From positions 9,046-73,045 of the forward strand of contig CAXHJY010001403.1 in assembly GCA_964016885.1 (NCBI GenBank): DNA of 64,000 nucleotides, written 5' to 3'. Position 1 is the stretch's first letter; the number at the start of each line of letters is the position of its first letter. The notes under the pieces are model-generated. The model was not told the origin of the DNA, ran no database searches, and saw only the letters and a program-made list of their open reading frames with translations. The position numbers and the translations under genes were made by a program. The stretch comes from Eledone cirrhosa. Taxonomy: Eukaryota. Shown piece by piece: positions 56,501 through 64,000 of this stretch.

Positions 56501-58107
56501 TGTGAATATAGACATAGAATATTCGAAAATATTCTGTATGTTTATAATAAACATTTGAAGACCTAATCGCTATAGAATAGAATACGTCACGTATTACAAT
56601 TAGATTCTCGATAAAAGCAAGGGAAGTAAGTCTACGCGTTTCATTCTTGTTAGAATTCATCAGGACTACATATCCAGTGCTTTCATCGAGAATGACACAG
56701 CTAGAGACTTATAGAATACTTAGCTGTGTACAGGAACTGGTTTGAAAGAGCGGTTGCCGGTCCGGCAGAAATTAGAAATTGGAATAAATGCTCTGAAATA
56801 GCGATATATATGTGAATATAGACATAGAATATTCGAAAATATTCTGTATGTTTATAATAAACATTTTGAAGACCTAATCGCTATAGAATAGAATACGTCA
56901 CGTATTACAATTAGATTCTCGATAAAAGCAAGGGAAGTAAGTCTACGCGTTTCATTCTTGTTAGAATTCATCAGGACTACATATCCAGTGCTTTCATCGA
57001 GAATGACACAGCTAGAGACTTATAGAATACTTAGCTGTGTACAGGAACTGGTTTGAAAGAGCGGTTGCCGGTCCGGCAGAAATTAGAAATTGGAATAAAT
57101 GCTCTGAAATAGCGATATATATGTGAATATAGACATAGAATATTCGAAAATATTCTGTATGTTTATAATAAACATTTTGAAGACCTAATCGCTATAGAAT
57201 AGAATACGTCACGTATTACAATTAGATTCTCGATAAAAGCAAGGGAAGTAAGTCTACGCGTTTCATTCTTGTTAGAATTCATCAGGACTACATATCCAGT
57301 GCTTTCATCGAGAATGACACAGCTAGAGACTTATAGAATACTTAGCTGTGTACAGGAACTGGTTTGAAAGAGCGGTTGCCGGTCCGGCAGAAATTAGAAA
57401 TTGGAATAAATGCTCTGAAATAGCGATATATATGTGAATATAGACATAGAATATTCGAAAATATTCTGTATGTTTATAATAAACATTTTGAAGACCTAAT
57501 CGCTATAGAATAGAATACGTCACGTATTACAATTAGATTCTCGATAAAAGCAAGGGAAGTAAGTCTACGCGTTTCATTCTTGTTAGAATTCATCAGGACT
57601 ACATATCCAGTGCTTTCATCGAGAATGACACAGCTAGAGACTTATAGAATACTTAGCTGTGTACAGGAACTGGTTTGAAAGAGCGGTTGCCGGTCCGGCA
57701 GAAATTAGAAATTGGAATAAATGCTCTGAAATAGCGATATATATGTGAATATAGACATAGAATATTCGAAAATATTCTGTATGTTTATAATAAACATTTT
57801 GAAGACCTAATCGCTATAGAATAGAATACGTCACGTATTACAATTAGATTCTCGATAAAAGCAAGGGAAGTAAGTCTACGCGTTTCATTCTTGTTAGAAT
57901 TCATCAGGACTACATATCCAGTGCTTTCATCGAGAATGACACAGCTAGAGACTTATAGAATACTTAGCTGTGTACAGGAACTGGTTTGAAAGAGCGGTTG
58001 CCGGTCCGGCAGAAATTAGAAATTGGAATAAATGCTCTGAAATAGCGATATATATGTGAATATAGACATAGAATATTCGAAAATATTCTGTATGTTTATA
58101 ATAAACA
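56501..58107 (-). mobile_element. Family L: 311-bp tandem array, 5 full units plus ~52 bp, retrozyme-like
   Basis: TGTGAATATAGAC starts at 56501, 56811, 57122, 57433, 57744 and 58055; units look identical apart from one T; flanked by (TA)n. Confidence 0.93.
56629..56667 (-). ncRNA. Minimal type I hammerhead, family L, repeated every 311 bp (5 copies)
   Basis: Reverse complement reads AGTC-CTGATGA-ATTC-TAACAA-GAAT-GAAAC-GC-GTA-GACT. Confidence 0.9.
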
Positions 58108-60110
<2,003 letters not shown>

Positions 60111-61180
60111 TAAGACCCCGACAGCTGAGCTCAAGCCGTTTCGACGGCTAATTCTTCCTGGTATTTAAATAGCCGATCTTCTCAAGGGGTAGTTCCATAT
60201 ATGGTCAAAGTGATTGTCAAAAATCAGTAGTAATTCTGTGGTTGCAAATTAGTAGGGGAGGTGGTGGCTAAACCTGCCAGTAGGAGAAAGAGGGGAGGGG
60301 TGGAGTAGACCCAATCAAGCGTTGGTAGTGCCAGCTACAGCTGGGCATGAGGTCAAAGAAGATACAGGGAGGGGGAGGGGGAGGAAGTCGGAACGGTAGG
60401 TAGAACAATGGGGGGTAGAAATAGGAAAGAAAAAATACTGAGAGTGAAGAAAAGCAAATAAGTGTAAAGAAAAAAGTAAAGTAAATTAAATTCTACGACC
60501 TAGGTGTCAGGCTATTGTTAGGCTAGAATAAAATAAAGAAAGAAAGAAAGAAGTAAATAAATAAATAAATAAATAAATAGCGAAATAAGTAAAAGAACTA
60601 GGTGGGACGGATTAGGCAAGGACCCTTTTAAGAGGTATAAGTACGTAAATGATACGGTGACGGGTCAACAAAAGGGGCCAAAATACTAAAGAGACTACCA
60701 CGAAATAAACAATAAAGGGTTTCCATCCCGGGCCAGCAACGACCCAGTGCAGCAAAGTGAACTTGTACGAGATAATAATTCTGAGTCCCGAGAAAAATAT
60801 ATACTAATGCTAACTCTAAAAGATCTAAAACAAGCTACATGAAAGTTCGTACGAAATAAAGGTAGAATACGGAGAAATGAATTCAGAATCCACCCCGCCC
60901 AGAAGAAAAGCGAAGCAAGAAATACTGAAACGAAAAAATAAGGCATAAGTGCCACTAAGAAATATAGAGGGCACAGAGAATAGTGGGAGCGGTCGGAAAA
61001 AGGGGGCAAGTATCCGGGATCTAAGCCAACTGCTATAAAGGGCGGAGTCCGCCAAATCTATCATAGACTAGGGGAGGGGGTGGTGGGGTACTGTTTACTG
61101 CATGTAAACATAGATTGCGTAGGACTTACCTCGCCCTCAAACCCCATAATGACCCGGGGGGGGGGGGTAGACTAGGGCTA
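60111..61180 (-). mobile_element. Family J diverged copy with a hammerhead at 60115-60190
   Basis: Reverse complement reads ACCCC-TTGAGAA-GATCGGCTA...TAGCCGTC-GAAAC-GGCT-TGAGCTC-AGCT-GTC-GGGGT. Confidence 0.82.
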
Positions 61181-61187
61181 TAACACC

Positions 61188-61563
61188 CCACTTGCCGATT
61201 TTGCAATGGGTAACCCCTGCTTGCCAAGGAAGACGTAAGATCTTCTTTGTATTCTTTTATCGCTTCCTTTTTTCCTTGCCCCCTCTCTCCTTTGTCCTTC
61301 TACCCCAGCTCTTCTCATTTGTCGGCGTCTTTTCTCGCCCACCCGAGGCTGCCCTTTGGCCCCATGTAGCCTTAGTACCCAGCCGATTAACCCATTCAAT
61401 ATGCAAATTAGGCTGCACAGCCGTTAATATGATAAGGAAAGTATATACTTTCAGACGTTCATTCATCTGGCAGGAAGGTATACGTTACTGACGATAGCTA
61501 ATAAGCATGTAACTAGTACAGCGTTCCTTTGTCAGTGTCGAACAAACGAGCAACGATGGTTGC
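61188..61563 (+). mobile_element. Family A-related diverged element with a decayed hammerhead (61484-61522)
   Basis: CAATATGCAAATTAGGCTGC...CTGACGATAGCTAATAAGCAT-GTAAC-TAGTA; its 5' part matches 50846-50905. Confidence 0.7.
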
Positions 61564-61579
61564 TAGACACTATGGCTTA

Positions 61580-61659
61580 ATACGCCTGGTCCAGGAATCG
61601 AACTTACAACCTTACGATTGCGAATCCAATTCTCTAACCACTCAGCCACACGCCTTCAC
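61580..61659 (-). mobile_element. tRNA-derived SINE head (second SINE family)
   Basis: Reverse complement GTGAAGGCGTGTGGCTGAGTGGTTAGA (A box)...AGTTCGATTCCTGG (B box); no tRNA acceptor stem. Confidence 0.7.
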
Positions 61660-61758
61660 TTATATATAATATATAATATATATATATATTATATATATTA
61701 TATATAATATATATATATATTATATAATATATATATATTATATATAATATATATATAT

Positions 61759-61798
<40 letters not shown>

Positions 61799-61833
61799 AT
61801 ATATATATATAATATATATATATATATTATATA

Positions 61834-62022
61834 TAATTGTTTCTAGTTTAGGCACAAGGCCAGCAATTACCCAGTGCATTACTGGTACTTTCTTTTATCG
61901 ACACCGTAAGGATGAAAGGCAATGTCAACCTCGGCGGGATTTTAACTCAGATCGTAAAGGGACGTAACTATGCTGGAAAGCATGGCGTCCGACCCTCTAC
62001 CGATACTGCCAATCCACCGCCC
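61834..62022 (-). mobile_element. Meta-domain tRNA SINE, full length
   Basis: Reverse complement matches 34783-34962. Confidence 0.88.
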
Positions 62023-62489
62023 TATATAATATATATATATATATATAATATATATAATATATATATATATAATATTTATAATATAATATAATATATATAA
62101 TAAGAATTTGGCTATCGTGTTGAGCTTTGCTGTCGAACGAATTCCAACCGTGACCATCCCCACTGAAAGTTTTCGTGAAATAGTCTTTCAATACTATACA
62201 GAGCATTTGTAGTTGTTCCAAATTGAAGGATGAGTATTTTAAACTTTATTTTATCATGAGTTAAGGCTCTATTGATTTTTCCCTGGATTTCACTAACTTC
62301 TATAGGATAAATCTATATCCTGATTCTTTTAGAACTGAGTTTCAATTATTTTTCCCACACCTTACGTTAACTATTTTCCCATTTTGACACAATAGTCACT
62401 TATATATTATAGAATACTGTTGGCTTATTGCTACAATAATTTCCATACCTTTCATTTATATATTTATATATATACAATATATATATATG

Positions 62490-62520
<31 letters not shown>

Positions 62521-62563
62521 TTATATTATATATATATATATATTTATATTATATATATATCAC

Positions 62564-62624
<61 letters not shown>

Positions 62625-62691
62625 TATATATTATATATATATATATACTATATAATATAAGATCAAAAGATGGTTAAAGGAGTTCCATATA

Positions 62692-62760
62692 TTTTATTAT
62701 GCGCATTTCAAAAACAAACATCATCAAACAATAATATTTGTGTTTTCATCAGATAAAACA
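62692..62760 (-). ncRNA. Type I hammerhead, family M, near the (TA)n-abutting end of an element that probably extends beyond the window
   Basis: Reverse complement reads TGTTTTAT-CTGATGA-AAACACAAATATTATT-GTTT-GATGATGTTTGTTTTT-GAAAT-GCGC-ATA-ATAAAA. Confidence 0.78.
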
Positions 62761-62859
62761 GGAGAACATGATATGAAGGCTAAAAAACACTTGTTGATAG
62801 TGCAGTTTTAAATCAACATATGAAAAGTGGTTTTAGATTGATGTGTGATATTGGGAAAA

Positions 62860-63925
62860 ATATTTTATTTAGAGAGGGGGGGGGGGAGAAAAGGATGAAA
62901 AGGGAAGGAGATGAGAGGGAGAGATGGGTGATAGAGAGAAAGAGATAGTTTTTATAACTGAGAGGAGATATATATTATATATAGAGGGGTTGAAAACCGT
63001 TGGAAGATACTGTATAAATTAAAAATTTTGAAAATTAACGAAGGGAGGATATGTGCGAGGAAAAAATATTTTATTTAGGGAGGGGGGGTGGAAAGGATGA
63101 AAAAAAGGGGAGGAGATGCGAGTGAAGGTGGAAAGGGAGAGATGGGTGATAGAGAGAAAGAGAGAAAGAGATAGTTTTTATAACTGAGAAAAAGATATAA
63201 TGTTTTAATATAGAGAGGTTGGGAACCGTTGGAAGATAATGTATAAATTAAAGGAATTTGAAAATTAACGAAGGGAAATTATGTATGTAGATAGAGAGAA
63301 AAAAATAATAATTGTGGGTGAATATTCTAACGTCAAAAGAAGAAATGTATGTATTGTGGGAATTTCAAAATTAGCAAAGAGAAAAATGTTAAGGTTTATG
63401 TGTAGAAGGATTTGAGAAAAATAATGTGAAGTTAAAGTTTGTATATTGAATTCATATGTATTAATAATGAGTTCGTTGATGGGGAGAAAAAAATAATAAT
63501 AAATTAAGGATGAAATTGAGATTTAAAAGATTTATGATAGAGAGAAAAAATAATAATGATTGCGGATGAATACTCAAAATGTCAAAAACAAATGTTATTG
63601 TTTTACGAGAAGATAGAATGAGGGTAATGAGTAAACGAGTATTATAGAGTGTATAATGCCCTTTAAAGTAAGGTAGATGGGTATATTTTAAAGAATATAT
63701 GAGTATATATTAAAAAAAAATATAATAATAAATTAAGGATGAAATTGAGATTAAAAAGATTTATGATAGAGAGAAAAAATAATAATGATTGCGGATGAAT
63801 ATTCAAAATGTCAAAAACAAATGTTATTGTTTTACGAGAAGATAGAATGAGGGTAATGAGTAAACGAGTATTATAGAGTGTATAATGCCCTTTAAAGTAA
63901 GGTAGATGGGTATATTTTAAAGAGG
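62860..63925. repeat. Purine-rich region with two tandem duplications (~206-bp and 229-bp periods)
   Basis: TATTTTATTTAG..GGGG at 62861 and 63067; ATAATAATAAATTAAGGATGAAATTGAG at 63493 and 63722. Confidence 0.8.
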
Positions 63926-64000
63926 TGTATGTATATGTGCCTTTGAGAAAAGATTCTAAATTGATAAAGAATTGAATATTAACTGTATACTTTGTGAAAA

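Noticed and set aside
61580-61659. tRNA gene
   Set aside because: A and B boxes are present but the ends do not form an acceptor stem; consistent with a SINE head.

Overview
Repeat-saturated, AT-rich eukaryotic DNA. It is most likely a cephalopod (octopus-like) genome, inferred from the tRNA-derived Meta-domain SINEs and the extreme (TA)n content. Roughly a third of the window is interrupted (TA)n microsatellite, and the many Y/I/C/M-rich ORFs in the track are artefacts of those tracts. No host gene is supported. Real coding remnants are all retroelement-derived: three Penelope-like elements (PLEs; RT plus GIY-YIG at 1-2088 and 27868-30105, and a C-terminal remnant at 53631-53753), three CR1-group LINE families and an RTE-derived non-autonomous element. 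The main hidden signal is non-coding. By eye I find about 28 minimal type I hammerhead ribozyme (HHR) motifs, intact or decayed, in about 13 sequence families. Almost all sit in short elements embedded in (TA)n and arranged as tandem repeats or foldbacks. The clearest is a near-perfect 311-bp x5 array (56501-58107) with one intact HHR per unit, the architecture of a non-LTR retrozyme or circular-RNA producer. Most families carry their own palindromic helix III, three use a U3-A8 core variant and several have long helix II insertions. All folds are manual and need computational or biochemical confirmation.
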